The notes under the pieces: model-generated | What the model was told of the DNA's origin: nothing | The model's input: only the letters and a program-made list of their open reading frames with translations | Databases searched by the model: none | Program-made: the position numbers and the translations under genes | In this document: positions 47,095 through 55,937 of the stretch, piece after piece | Numbering within the stretch: the first letter of the stretch is position 1 | How the letters are laid out: every line of letters begins with the position of its first letter | Origin: Escherichia phage AV123 | Strand: one strand, 5' to 3' | Sequence record: OR352953.1 | DNA length: 64,000 nt

Positions 47095-47767
47095 ATTTTT
47101 GAGCCTCCTCATAAGAGATAAAAGTTTTACCATTGCGAAGATCCTCCAGTGATTGTTTATATTGTTCCCAGTTTACACCAATCCCCTGTTCTTTCTCTTC
47201 TTTTGACAGATTCGCAAAAGGTAAAGGATTGTCTCCAAATACATCATCAGGATGGATAAACGCCATAATTCGAATAGGACATGGCACGCCTTGAATACCT
47301 CGGTTCAAACCTGCCAGTGGAACGCGATGAATCCACTCTGCATCTTCATATCCATAACCGTGGGTGTATGAGCGGAAATAGCCAGCTTTCTCAATAACTG
47401 CACGGGAATACATACCAAACTGGCACATACCTAGTTCCCAAATAACCACTTCCCCTTCAATACCTTTTACTTTATCTTTAAAGTATTCAGGCATACCAAA
47501 GAAATCCCAACCATTTTCCTTCGCCTGTTTTACAAAATATGTTTCCCAACCTTGAACAACAGGATAGCAATCATCATCAAAAATAAACCAGTAATCATAC
47601 CCTTCATCATAAAACTTTTTCATCAGTTCATTACGAGCATATGCAACACCTTTTCGTTCCCGATCATACTGTACAACAAAAGTAGCATTAGGATCAGTCA
47701 CAAGATAATCTTTAAGAGGACGCTTACCTACAGTAATAACACCAACACCAATTTTTGTATTTTCCAA
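47081..47767 (-). CDS. glycosyltransferase, GT-A fold (family 2-like)
   Basis: DxD-type motif FIFDDDCYP and GYGYEDAEW in a 228 aa protein. Confidence 0.5.
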   Translation of the reverse strand: MENTKIGVGVITVGKRPLKDYLVTDPNATFVVQYDRERKGVAYARNELMKKFYDEGYDYWFIFDDDCYPVVQGWETYFVKQAKENGWDFFGMPEYFKDKVKGIEGEVVIWELGMCQFGMYSRAVIEKAGYFRSYTHGYGYEDAEWIHRVPLAGLNRGIQGVPCPIRIMAFIHPDDVFGDNPLPFANLSKEEKEQGIGVNWEQYKQSLEDLRNGKTFISYEEAQKYGKS

Positions 47768-47776
47768 AATAACTCC

Positions 47777-48340
47777 TTAAATAATTTTATTCATGTCTTG
47801 ACAATGTAAAAGGTGTGAAATAGCTTTTCTAGGATCATCATTACCTAAACGGTATGTGTGAAATAAGTATAACCCACGTAGTAAACCTAGCCTTTTATTG
47901 TTAGCGTGTAATGCTTTAGAGAAAATTATATCAAACTGTATTGACCTTTCCTCAAAAGGGATTTCATTCCACAGACTCTTACGAAAGAGAAGAAAGAATC
48001 CTGCTAAGATAGCATCTGTAGGTACTTCCTCTATTGAGTTTCCCCATTCTAGATGTGCTCTTTTTGCAATCTCAATGTGGTGTAATATATTCGGATCTTC
48101 ACTTCTTTCATTATTAAATAATTGATATGTTGATCCCAATCTGTTACAAGATGCACCAAGAACATCAAAATCAGGATTTGAACGGACAATTGATTCCAGC
48201 CAAGCAGGTTGTTCTGGAAGAAGAAACATTGTATCAATGTCTCTTAGGCAAATCCAACTATCTTCTGGTAAGACACTTATTGTGTCATTGATACCTTTTC
48301 CAATATCTCCAGAAAGATAGGGAGTTATGTGAAATATCAT
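47777..48340 (-). CDS. putative glycosyltransferase-like protein (GT-A-like)
   Basis: 187 aa with an acidic DID motif after a hydrophobic strand (SWICLRDIDTMFLL). Adjacent to three other GT genes. Weak assignment. Confidence 0.35.
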   Translation of the reverse strand: MIFHITPYLSGDIGKGINDTISVLPEDSWICLRDIDTMFLLPEQPAWLESIVRSNPDFDVLGASCNRLGSTYQLFNNERSEDPNILHHIEIAKRAHLEWGNSIEEVPTDAILAGFFLLFRKSLWNEIPFEERSIQFDIIFSKALHANNKRLGLLRGLYLFHTYRLGNDDPRKAISHLLHCQDMNKII

Positions 48341-48397
48341 ACTCCCTCCGTATTATTACTTTAGCATTTTTAGACTAAAAAGTCCAAATGGTTTTAC

Positions 48398-48592
48398 CTA
48401 TTGATTACGTTTTGCGAGTTCCATTTGGATAGCTAAACTGTGATCTCGTGCTTCCATATACTCTTTATATGTTTCATTAAGATGATCACGACAAACATCA
48501 CGCAGTTTAATCAGTTTATCTGTAGGGATACCACTAAGATCATCCCAAGATTTTACAACTTCACCAGTATCATTGATCCCAATGGTTTTCAT
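48398..48592 (-). CDS. hypothetical protein
   Basis: 64 aa ORF in a tightly packed minus-strand operon. Confidence 0.35.
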   Translation of the reverse strand: MKTIGINDTGEVVKSWDDLSGIPTDKLIKLRDVCRDHLNETYKEYMEARDHSLAIQMELAKRNQ

Positions 48593-48848
48593 CTACAACC
48601 TCCTTAATTGCTACAGCACAGTTTTTGCAGATACACTGCCCTTTACCTTTAGAAATCTGAATGTAAGGTTCATTTTCATTTTCGCCCTTACGTGAGTCAT
48701 ATATTACAGTATTGAAGCACACAACGCAAATATTTTTTAAGATTGTATACTTATCAACTTTCTTTTTTGTTTTAAAGTTAACTTCAATAACATCAGCCAT
48801 CAGTGTAACACTCCCAGTATATTGCTTTGTGACATAACCATAGAACAT
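48570..48848 (-). CDS. zinc-ribbon protein (two CxxC pairs)
   Basis: CVVCFN ... CICKNC in a 92 aa ORF. Confidence 0.4.
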   Translation of the reverse strand: MFYGYVTKQYTGSVTLMADVIEVNFKTKKKVDKYTILKNICVVCFNTVIYDSRKGENENEPYIQISKGKGQCICKNCAVAIKEVVDENHWDQ

Positions 48849-49078
48849 TCAACATTATCGTGACTACGTGAAAAACGTTCCCAAACCTCTTCATCGACTC
48901 GTAAAGCTATACAAGGATAGACGTTATCATTGATCATTTCAATTGAATAAACATCCATATTGTCTTCGTCTTCGATGAACATCATTGCAAACTGTTCTAA
49001 ATGTTTCCTAATGTAATGTACATCCTCTTCTGTAAGACCAATAACAAGATAACTTGCAACGATAACGCCATCTTTCAT
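48800..49078 (-). CDS. hypothetical protein
   Basis: 92 aa ORF, overlapping its neighbours by short distances. Confidence 0.35.
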   Translation of the reverse strand: MKDGVIVASYLVIGLTEEDVHYIRKHLEQFAMMFIEDEDNMDVYSIEMINDNVYPCIALRVDEEVWERFSRSHDNVECSMVMSQSNILGVLH

Positions 49079-49088
49079 CTATATCTCC

Positions 49089-49598
49089 TTAGCGATAAAA
49101 TTGATGTTCTTTGTAGCGGTACACTAGAACCATATCTTTTTCCCAGTGTGCTCTTATTGTAGATTTTTTAAAGTATAATGCTCCTTTTGTAATATCTAAT
49201 GCAATTCGTAATTCTGGAAAATGCGTATCGAGATAAAGTAGACGTTCTGCTATAGCCTTAGCTTCCTTCCACTTATCACGTTCCATAACGTTGAATGTCT
49301 TTGTGTAAGAGAATTGTCCTTTTTGAAACAAAACTTCTTTTATAGTATCAGGGAAATATGAATCTCTAGCCCTATTCAATACTACATTACCAACAGCAGA
49401 CATACCGCGCTTTCCTTGATTACGACTTTCTGCATAGATTGCACAAGCTAATAGATTTTCTTTACTATCACGCTTTGTACACTTGTGAACTACTTTAGCA
49501 GTTTTTACGTTTGCAGCTTCGGCTTGCGCCACAACAGGTGTAAATGTAAAAGCAGTTAAGGATAGTAACGCAATTGCGACAAAGGTTTTTATTGACAA
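49089..49598 (-). CDS. cell-wall hydrolase, SleB/CwlJ-like domain, with N-terminal signal peptide
   Basis: Signal-like N-terminus MSIKTFVAIALLSLTAFTFTPVVAQAEA. Core LACAIYAESRNQGKRGMSAVGNVVLNRARDSYFPDTIKEVLFQKGQFSYT matches the cell-wall hydrolase pattern (AR.I.GEARGE....AVA.VVLNR....FP..I..V..Q..QFS). TTG start with AGGAGG RBS. Confidence 0.6.
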   Translation of the reverse strand: MSIKTFVAIALLSLTAFTFTPVVAQAEAANVKTAKVVHKCTKRDSKENLLACAIYAESRNQGKRGMSAVGNVVLNRARDSYFPDTIKEVLFQKGQFSYTKTFNVMERDKWKEAKAIAERLLYLDTHFPELRIALDITKGALYFKKSTIRAHWEKDMVLVYRYKEHQFYR

Positions 49599-49660
49599 AC
49601 TTGCCTCCTATTTTGTTAAACGAACTTTTATTGTAACACAGAAGAGGCTGTTTTGCAAGT

Positions 49661-49681
49661 GGAGGGGGATAACCCCCCTCT
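49661..49681. other. GC-rich hairpin (GAGGGGG-ataa-CCCCCTC)
   Basis: Perfect 7 bp G/C stem between minus-strand genes, no clear U tract. Confidence 0.3.
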
Positions 49682-49690
49682 TACATTCTG

Positions 49691-50293
49691 TTAGATACTG
49701 TAAACCTTCGTATGAGTTACTACACCATCTTCTACAAAATCAATACGTTCTTGATCCGTAACTAGTGCAGACAATACTTTAAATTTAATTGTTACACGTT
49801 CAAAAGCTGGTTGACCATCTTTAAGATAATTATGTTCAGTTGTTACTGTCTTGTTTACAAAATCAACTTTTGCTTTACCGTTTTCGCGCAAGTGGAATGT
49901 TTTTCCTGCTTTATACACAATTTCAACATTACCTTCGAGAGTAATTCCTTCAAAAAGTTCACCCTCTTCTTCATTTTCTTCATTTTTGAACAGACGACGA
50001 AACTCTTCCATATCAAGATAAACAACATCTTCAGAATAACTATCAGTAAGGTATGTCTTACCATCCATTAACCCGAAATATTGCCAGATTGCAGAATAAA
50101 CATCACTAGTTGATCCAAGGGTTTCTCTGAGTTTAGTTCCACGGATTACTTCATAAACTTCAAAATTGAAACCAGACTGCAAAGCATTAAACAGTACATC
50201 ACTAACTTCTAAAGCATAATCTTCATTGTTGTCAATATCCACAAGAAAATTACCGCTGCGAATAAGTTTTTGACCTTCTAAAGTAATACCCAT
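49691..50293 (-). CDS. hypothetical protein (Ter-cluster neighbour)
   Basis: 200 aa ORF immediately downstream of TerD on the same strand. Confidence 0.4.
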   Translation of the reverse strand: MGITLEGQKLIRSGNFLVDIDNNEDYALEVSDVLFNALQSGFNFEVYEVIRGTKLRETLGSTSDVYSAIWQYFGLMDGKTYLTDSYSEDVVYLDMEEFRRLFKNEENEEEGELFEGITLEGNVEIVYKAGKTFHLRENGKAKVDFVNKTVTTEHNYLKDGQPAFERVTIKFKVLSALVTDQERIDFVEDGVVTHTKVYSI

Positions 50294-50320
50294 TGTTTTC
50301 TCCTCTTCTATTTAAAATAT

Positions 50321-50336
50321 GCGCCCCGAAGGGCGC
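50321..50336 (-). terminator. terminator-like hairpin after TerD
   Basis: GCGCCC-cgaa-GGGCGC with AUAUUUUAAA downstream on the minus strand. Confidence 0.4.
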
Positions 50337-50345
50337 TATGATTTA

Positions 50346-50942
50346 TTACTCGAACCAATCGTCGCCAGCGCCAAACGCTTTAACTACATCATAAATGTCA
50401 AGTCCAGCTTTACCTACACCATATGCTTTCAGTTTCCATTCGCTATCTTCCCGCACCAGGGAGGCAACGTGGCAAATGGTATTACCTGCAAGTTCTGGAG
50501 CCAAGAAGTCAAAATCCAGCAGTTCAACGTTACGTTCATCATCGAAGATTTTAAGGAAACCTTCGGTAGCGTGACCAAGGCGTTTCTTACCCGTTTCGTC
50601 ATCAATAGTGATTACGAATGCAATTTCCTGTGCTTCAGCAGAGATATTATCCAGTGTAACATCAATCTGCTCCATTTGTCCTACACCGTCACGAACATCT
50701 TCACCTGCAAAAGTAGAACGTTCAGGATCAAATTTCTGTGCGTAGCATACCAGGTGGCGAGGAGACAACAGTTCCGGCAGACCAGATGCATTGTGTCGGC
50801 AAATCAGAGCACTAACATCCAGATCCAGTTTTTCGTTAGATTTCCAAGAGAATTCCAGACGAATGCGTTTCAGTGCTGGTGCAATCTTTTTCAGAGAAAC
50901 TTTTTCGCTAGAACCTTTTTTCAGGGAAATTTTCTGAGTCAT
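50346..50942 (-). CDS. terD: TerD-family stress-response protein
   Basis: N-terminus MTQKISLKKGSSEKVSLKK is typical of TerD-domain proteins (ISL.KG..V.L.K). About 198 aa, acidic Ca-binding-like segments (IDVTLDN, ITIDDETG), GxGxA-like C-terminal region. RBS AAGGAG. Confidence 0.7.
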   Translation of the reverse strand: MTQKISLKKGSSEKVSLKKIAPALKRIRLEFSWKSNEKLDLDVSALICRHNASGLPELLSPRHLVCYAQKFDPERSTFAGEDVRDGVGQMEQIDVTLDNISAEAQEIAFVITIDDETGKKRLGHATEGFLKIFDDERNVELLDFDFLAPELAGNTICHVASLVREDSEWKLKAYGVGKAGLDIYDVVKAFGAGDDWFE

Positions 50943-51014
50943 AATTTATTATCTCCTTTGTTGTTAATTTACGTTGTCTATTTTACTAATCTTTTCTACA
51001 AAGTCAAGCGTTTT

Positions 51015-51809
51015 TTACGCTTTTGCTCCAAATTTTTTAACCCACTCGCCAAACTCTTCGGATAGCAGTTTATTGTAAAGTTCTTCGTCAGACAAGGACA
51101 AATCTGCAATACCGATAAAATCAACGTTATCGTATTCTTTTGCCAAGTCTTTCAGGAATTTAAAGTTTGCATTACCTACACCAACCATAAACCAGTAAAC
51201 AGGAGTGTTGCGGTGTTTGTTCAGCAAACTACGTACTGCTGAAGTATCCATGTTCTCCCCGTCAGTTTGGAAGAAAATCATTGCAGGAGTACGATCAACT
51301 TGTGCATCAGTATCTACAACCTGTTCTACAACAGTACGTGTAACTTCTACACGTTCTTTTTTACCAGTTAGTTTAGCAAGGAAACCCTTAGCCGGAACTT
51401 CTTCATACTCAACGACTTCGCGTGTAATATTTTTCATAGGTACACTACCGAAGTATGTATCATAGATCTCTTGCATTACTGGAGCATAAGCTGTACCACC
51501 ATTGATGCAAACATTAGACATACAAGAGCCGACATAATCATCATATACATCAGCCGTTGCAGGAGGCAGTTCAAAAGAAGAACTATTGAAAGCCCACATG
51601 TCAATCTGTGCATTATCATCAAACTTCATACCAAACGGCAGCAGCTTACCTACAAAATCACTGACAGTGCCATCACGATACAGCTCACACATACTACCCG
51701 AAATATCTAAGGCGCTACCTACACGAAGAACAACATCGTTAATCTTTTTCTTACGCAGGGATACAGTAAGAGTTTCTTGACGTTTTTTAAGACTGATTTT
51801 ATTGGACAT
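51015..51809 (-). CDS. von Willebrand factor A domain protein, TerF/TerY-like
   Basis: MIDAS motif DISGSM after a hydrophobic beta strand; N-terminus ISLKKRQETLTVSL is TerD-like. Directly adjacent to terD. RBS AAGGAG. Confidence 0.65.
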   Translation of the reverse strand: MSNKISLKKRQETLTVSLRKKKINDVVLRVGSALDISGSMCELYRDGTVSDFVGKLLPFGMKFDDNAQIDMWAFNSSSFELPPATADVYDDYVGSCMSNVCINGGTAYAPVMQEIYDTYFGSVPMKNITREVVEYEEVPAKGFLAKLTGKKERVEVTRTVVEQVVDTDAQVDRTPAMIFFQTDGENMDTSAVRSLLNKHRNTPVYWFMVGVGNANFKFLKDLAKEYDNVDFIGIADLSLSDEELYNKLLSEEFGEWVKKFGAKA

Positions 51810-51810
51810 A

Positions 51811-52080
51811 TTATTTCTCCTTTCTGACTGTAATGTTAGTAACTTCTAAATCCACTTCTACCACTTCTGTATCATATAAAATACAGTTAAGTTGACCTCT
51901 TTGTGAACCGTTCAGACACATTGCTTGGTTTGTATTAACCTTAATAAACACTAAGTTTCTGAACGTATCTAAACCAGCATCTTGATAGGCAACATAATAT
52001 ACGAATGTATCACCTGTGTCAAGTTCTCCAAAACATTTAGGTTCATCTGATTTGTCGTCTTTGATATTAAATTTAAGCAC
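51811..52080 (-). CDS. hypothetical protein
   Basis: 89 aa ORF within the Ter-associated operon. Confidence 0.35.
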   Translation of the reverse strand: MLKFNIKDDKSDEPKCFGELDTGDTFVYYVAYQDAGLDTFRNLVFIKVNTNQAMCLNGSQRGQLNCILYDTEVVEVDLEVTNITVRKEK

Positions 52081-52636
52081 TGTCTTCTCCTTTACCTGCT
52101 CTCAAGCCTAAATAGAAAGCCTCTCTGGTGATCTTTTGCAACTCGTTTAAAGAGATAGTTACAACTAAATCATCTTCAATTTCTAGCTTTGAGTCTTCTT
52201 CTGTCTCAATGCAAGTATTATGCACTTTGTGGTAAGGATTGTCAACACGTTTAAATTTATTATTTTCAGTGCTGAAGAAGCAATCTGGATCTTCTTCCCC
52301 ATCACCCCAACCCTGGTTAGGATCTTCTTCAGATCTTTCTGTTGGGATCTCGCCTGTAAAGTGCTCTTCTAATACCAGAGCAATCCCATCTCCAAGATCG
52401 GAAGAGAACATCAAATTACAAACTTCTTCCCAAGGCATAGACCACTTAAATCTTTTACGATTGCCATGTTTATCTTCTTCGTTAGAGAAAACACTACCAT
52501 AGCTATCATAATTCCCATACATCTCTTCGACAACCTTACCACCTTTCAAAAGAAATAGGTAGCAAGGAGAGCCATCGAAAGAGGTAGAAAGAGCAGCATT
52601 ACCAGACTCTTTGCACAAGAAACTAAAACACCCCAT
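52073..52636 (-). CDS. hypothetical acidic protein
   Basis: 187 aa ORF, Asp/Glu-rich, in the operon. Confidence 0.4.
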   Translation of the reverse strand: MGCFSFLCKESGNAALSTSFDGSPCYLFLLKGGKVVEEMYGNYDSYGSVFSNEEDKHGNRKRFKWSMPWEEVCNLMFSSDLGDGIALVLEEHFTGEIPTERSEEDPNQGWGDGEEDPDCFFSTENNKFKRVDNPYHKVHNTCIETEEDSKLEIEDDLVVTISLNELQKITREAFYLGLRAGKGEDSA

Positions 52637-52836
52637 TATACACCAGCCTTAAGATCAATTAAAGCCAAAGTTGTTTCAGAGTGTGTTTGCTCGTCTACAG
52701 GTGCAGTCATATGATAATACAAAAAATCTTCGGCATCATACCAATCTGATTCTTGACCTTGTTTCCAACCATCAATGAAAGCATCTTCCATAATGGTTTG
52801 CAATTCTTCACGAGTTAAGTGAATATCTTTACTCAT
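52636..52836 (-). CDS. hypothetical protein
   Basis: 66 aa ORF whose boundaries abut its neighbours. Confidence 0.35.
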   Translation of the reverse strand: MSKDIHLTREELQTIMEDAFIDGWKQGQESDWYDAEDFLYYHMTAPVDEQTHSETTLALIDLKAGV

Positions 52837-53069
52837 TACACATTCTCCTCTTTTACCAATTCCATTGTTGAATTGTCAAAACCATCTTTAGAAGAATAGG
52901 TATAGACAGCACGTAGTTCTCGCAGGACAGTGAATACATTAGGATCATCTAACCAAGCATCCTGGAGGAGAACATAACGATCTTCATTGTCATACTGGAC
53001 AGCAATCATAGAGCCAGACAGTTTGTAAATTTTAATATTCATAATATATTTCTCCTTAAAGTAGACCAC
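52836..53069 (-). CDS. hypothetical protein
   Basis: 77 aa ORF whose boundaries abut its neighbours. Confidence 0.35.
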   Translation of the reverse strand: MVYFKEKYIMNIKIYKLSGSMIAVQYDNEDRYVLLQDAWLDDPNVFTVLRELRAVYTYSSKDGFDNSTMELVKEENV

Positions 53070-54159
53070 GTTTAACAGTTTGAATCATACCATCTTCAAG
53101 AGATTGCACTTCTTGAATGTAATCAATACGAGCAGCACGGGCTTCAGTGTTGATTCGGTTAGTTTCTTCCAACATTTTAACTAAGTTTTCTTGATCACGA
53201 CGCAATGTTTCAATATCCAATACTTGACGATTAGCAAGTTGTGTAGCTTCAATCTGGTTTTGTGCAGCCAGATCACTACCCATTGCAATAGCAGCATTAA
53301 ATTCATTCAGTACGTTGTTCTGTGTATCGGCTGCTTTCTTCTGGCGCAGACTTTCAATATACATAGAAAAGTTTGCAGAGTAAGCAGGAATAACATTGTT
53401 CACAATATTACGGGCTGATCGCATCAAACTTGCAGATACTTTCTGCATACTTTGTACACGTGGCCCCATCTGAACGCACAGTAAGCGTAAGGCTTTCAGG
53501 TCTGCAATACGAATTTCAAGCAGATCCATAGTGTCACGAGTACGTTGACGCTCTTCTACTTCATTTTCAGGTAGTGTATTAAGGCGAACTTCTTCTTTTT
53601 CATAAGTAGCTGTTAGAAGCTCTATATCCCTGTTTAAGCTAAGAGCATATTTTGCAATAGCCTCCTCTAAACGTTGCAGATATCGTAAAGAATCTTCTTC
53701 TTTTTTCAAGTCTGTTTGGAGTGTCTTTACCAAACCCTCAATACGATTATTGATGGTGTCAAATTCTCCAAACAAATCTTCTTTCATACCTAATACTTTC
53801 TTAACTAACTTACCTAAACCTTTAGATTGTTTAATAGAATTAGGATCAAGTTGCTTTGCTTGCTTAATAAGTGCAGTTAAACGTTCACTCATTTCATCTC
53901 CCTGAGATGAACGCTGGTGTTTAAGCACTTCAGCATTAAGGTTACGAAGAGTAAGTCCTGCATCAGCACCAACTTGTTCAATCTCTTCACGAGACATTGG
54001 AGGCAGCATTTGTACAGGTCGTGCAACAGCAGGGGCATATACAGGACTTGCATCCATAGCACTTGGAGCAAACAAAGACTTACTTTTTTCTGTTGTTGCC
54101 GTGAATACACTCATTTCAGACGGTTTGCTTTTTACGGCACTGATAAAAGGACTGGACAT
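53056..54159 (-). CDS. telA: TelA-like (toxic anion resistance family) protein, putative
   Basis: 367 aa, predominantly helical/coiled-coil with a Gln/Leu/Arg/Glu-rich profile and size typical of TelA/KlaA proteins. Lies between terD/vWA and terC. RBS GGAGG. Assigned by overall character and context, not by a verified motif. Confidence 0.45.
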   Translation of the reverse strand: MSSPFISAVKSKPSEMSVFTATTEKSKSLFAPSAMDASPVYAPAVARPVQMLPPMSREEIEQVGADAGLTLRNLNAEVLKHQRSSQGDEMSERLTALIKQAKQLDPNSIKQSKGLGKLVKKVLGMKEDLFGEFDTINNRIEGLVKTLQTDLKKEEDSLRYLQRLEEAIAKYALSLNRDIELLTATYEKEEVRLNTLPENEVEERQRTRDTMDLLEIRIADLKALRLLCVQMGPRVQSMQKVSASLMRSARNIVNNVIPAYSANFSMYIESLRQKKAADTQNNVLNEFNAAIAMGSDLAAQNQIEATQLANRQVLDIETLRRDQENLVKMLEETNRINTEARAARIDYIQEVQSLEDGMIQTVKRGLL

Positions 54160-54227
54160 TCAATTTCCTCCATATTCTTTAGTAGATGGTGATACCTCTG
54201 TACCACCATCATAACACAAATTAAGTA

Positions 54228-55079
54228 TTAAACAAACATATCTAAATAATTTGTAGTAATAAATGCTCCATCTGCTTCCAGATTAACATAACCAGTAGCA
54301 TTAGTGGTTAAGAAATCCAGATCGAAGGACTCTTTAACACCCCGTACCTCAACACGAGAGATATCGAATACAGGTAGTGTAACAGCCTCTTCGTGCAATA
54401 CCGTACCTTTGTAGGTTGCCTTAATGATAAACTTGATATTACCCGTTCCAGCATCATACAAAACACTTTCAAACCCTTTGAGAGTATATTTATCACCAGA
54501 AGTGAAGTGCAAAGTTGCTTTGTTTACAGTACGTTTTTTACGAGGAGTTCCTTTCACACGTTTATGATCACTACGTTTTTTGTACTTAGGAATGAATACA
54601 AACGATACATTCTGAAGAAAGGTATCAACATCAAGGATTTTAATATCCTCTGTTGCAGCAAATTTTGAAGTCGTTGCATCAAAATGCTTTTCCCTGCGAT
54701 CATACATAAAGATATCAAACCGATCTTCTAAATCAAACAAATTATGTATTTTAATTTCAGAATGCTTGCGCATTGCAGCAACCTTGAACTCTTCAAAACG
54801 TGGGTGTTCTACAAGTTCTTCAAGTTTTACACCAAAGACAGTATATTGCTTCGGAGTTTTTTCTGGTGTTGGCATTACAGAAGCATAATCCCCGATTGCG
54901 CTCTTAAAGCAAAATTGTTCTTGACCTGTATTTTTACCAACGAATTTACAGTATTCATCATTGTGCATACTTTCCTTAGTAGTACCAACAAACTCAAAAC
55001 CATCTTTATTCTTCTCAAGAATTTCTTGATTAAAGATCCAACCTTCCAGGTGATATACTTTACCAACTTCTAGTTTCAT
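54228..55079 (-). CDS. hypothetical protein
   Basis: 283 aa ORF, no recognisable motif. Confidence 0.4.
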   Translation of the reverse strand: MKLEVGKVYHLEGWIFNQEILEKNKDGFEFVGTTKESMHNDEYCKFVGKNTGQEQFCFKSAIGDYASVMPTPEKTPKQYTVFGVKLEELVEHPRFEEFKVAAMRKHSEIKIHNLFDLEDRFDIFMYDRREKHFDATTSKFAATEDIKILDVDTFLQNVSFVFIPKYKKRSDHKRVKGTPRKKRTVNKATLHFTSGDKYTLKGFESVLYDAGTGNIKFIIKATYKGTVLHEEAVTLPVFDISRVEVRGVKESFDLDFLTTNATGYVNLEADGAFITTNYLDMFV

Positions 55080-55114
55080 CTGTTTCTCCTTCTTATTTAA
55101 TCTGTATTAAATTA

Positions 55115-55705
55115 TTAACGACGACGTGAGCTACTAAAACTACGTTTCGACGAAGAATAACTTTTCGAAGACTTACTATAAGAGCTAATAGGACTTGAGT
55201 AAGACTTACGAGCAGAGTAATCACTATTCACTTTTGTTGTTGACGGGCGTGAATACGTTTGTACACTTTGCTGCTTAATTGTGTTTTGTTTAGTGGTTGT
55301 ATATGTATTCCCTTGTTTATCATAAAAACGATGCTTTTGTGTTGTATATGCTTTACTATTAGTTGTAGGAGCAGCGTTGTTATTGATAATTGTTGTATTG
55401 CTACCGCCATCTCTATAACCACCACCGCCACTATTACCACTCAACATATGACCAAGAAGCATACCTGTAGCAAACTCACCTACACCAGAAGAACCACTGC
55501 CGCCTCCTTGCACAACAACTGTTGAAGGTTGTGCAGGTGCTGCTTGAACAACTTGAGGTGCAGGCTGATTTACATATTGTTCATCTACCATCTGATTTGG
55601 TGTTTGTTGGTAACGTTGATTTTGTACATTTTCAGAATCATCACAACCTACCAGCAATGCACTACCTAAAACAACTGCAACAATAAAAGATTTAATGTTT
55701 TTCAT
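55115..55705 (-). CDS. lipoprotein with Gln/Asn-rich and glycine-zipper segments
   Basis: MKNIKSFIVAVVLGSALLVGCDD (signal peptide with lipobox L-V-G-C). GGGSGSSGVGEFATGMLLGHMLSGNSGGGG glycine-zipper-like. Ser/Lys/Arg-rich C-terminus. ATG at 55705 has an AGAGGG RBS. Confidence 0.55.
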   Translation of the reverse strand: MKNIKSFIVAVVLGSALLVGCDDSENVQNQRYQQTPNQMVDEQYVNQPAPQVVQAAPAQPSTVVVQGGGSGSSGVGEFATGMLLGHMLSGNSGGGGYRDGGSNTTIINNNAAPTTNSKAYTTQKHRFYDKQGNTYTTTKQNTIKQQSVQTYSRPSTTKVNSDYSARKSYSSPISSYSKSSKSYSSSKRSFSSSRRR

Positions 55706-55898
55706 TTGTAACCCTCTCATTTAAAGTCTCAACACAATTTTTAAAATCCCTAGAGAAACAATACATCTGTTCTCCGTTCCTGTTGATAGTAATTGTATGG
55801 TTATCAATGTATGTTGTCAAGATAAAAATCAAACAAAATAACCCTAAAGCAAAACAAATATTTTCAAACAGAATCCAAAGAACACGTAAAACTACCAT
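55692..55898 (-). CDS. small membrane protein (1 TM)
   Basis: 68 aa with hydrophobic N-terminal segment LWILFENICFALGLFCLIFIL. Confidence 0.35.
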   Translation of the reverse strand: MVVLRVLWILFENICFALGLFCLIFILTTYIDNHTITINRNGEQMYCFSRDFKNCVETLNERVTNEKH

Positions 55899-55915
55899 CA
55901 GATCACCTCAACAAA

Positions 55916-55933
55916 GCCCCCGAAGGGGCTTAA
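55916..55933. other. GC-rich hairpin (AAGCCCC-cgaa-GGGGCTT) immediately after the terC stop
   Basis: Perfect 7 bp stem, no clear U tract on either strand. Confidence 0.3.
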
Positions 55934-55937
55934 TGAA

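Noticed and set aside
50319-51065. 248 aa plus-strand ORF overlapping terD and the vWA gene
   Set aside because: It is antisense to two genes with clear domain signatures and good RBSs, its translation is low-complexity Phe/Cys/Asn-rich, and its N-terminus overlaps a hairpin. Considered spurious.
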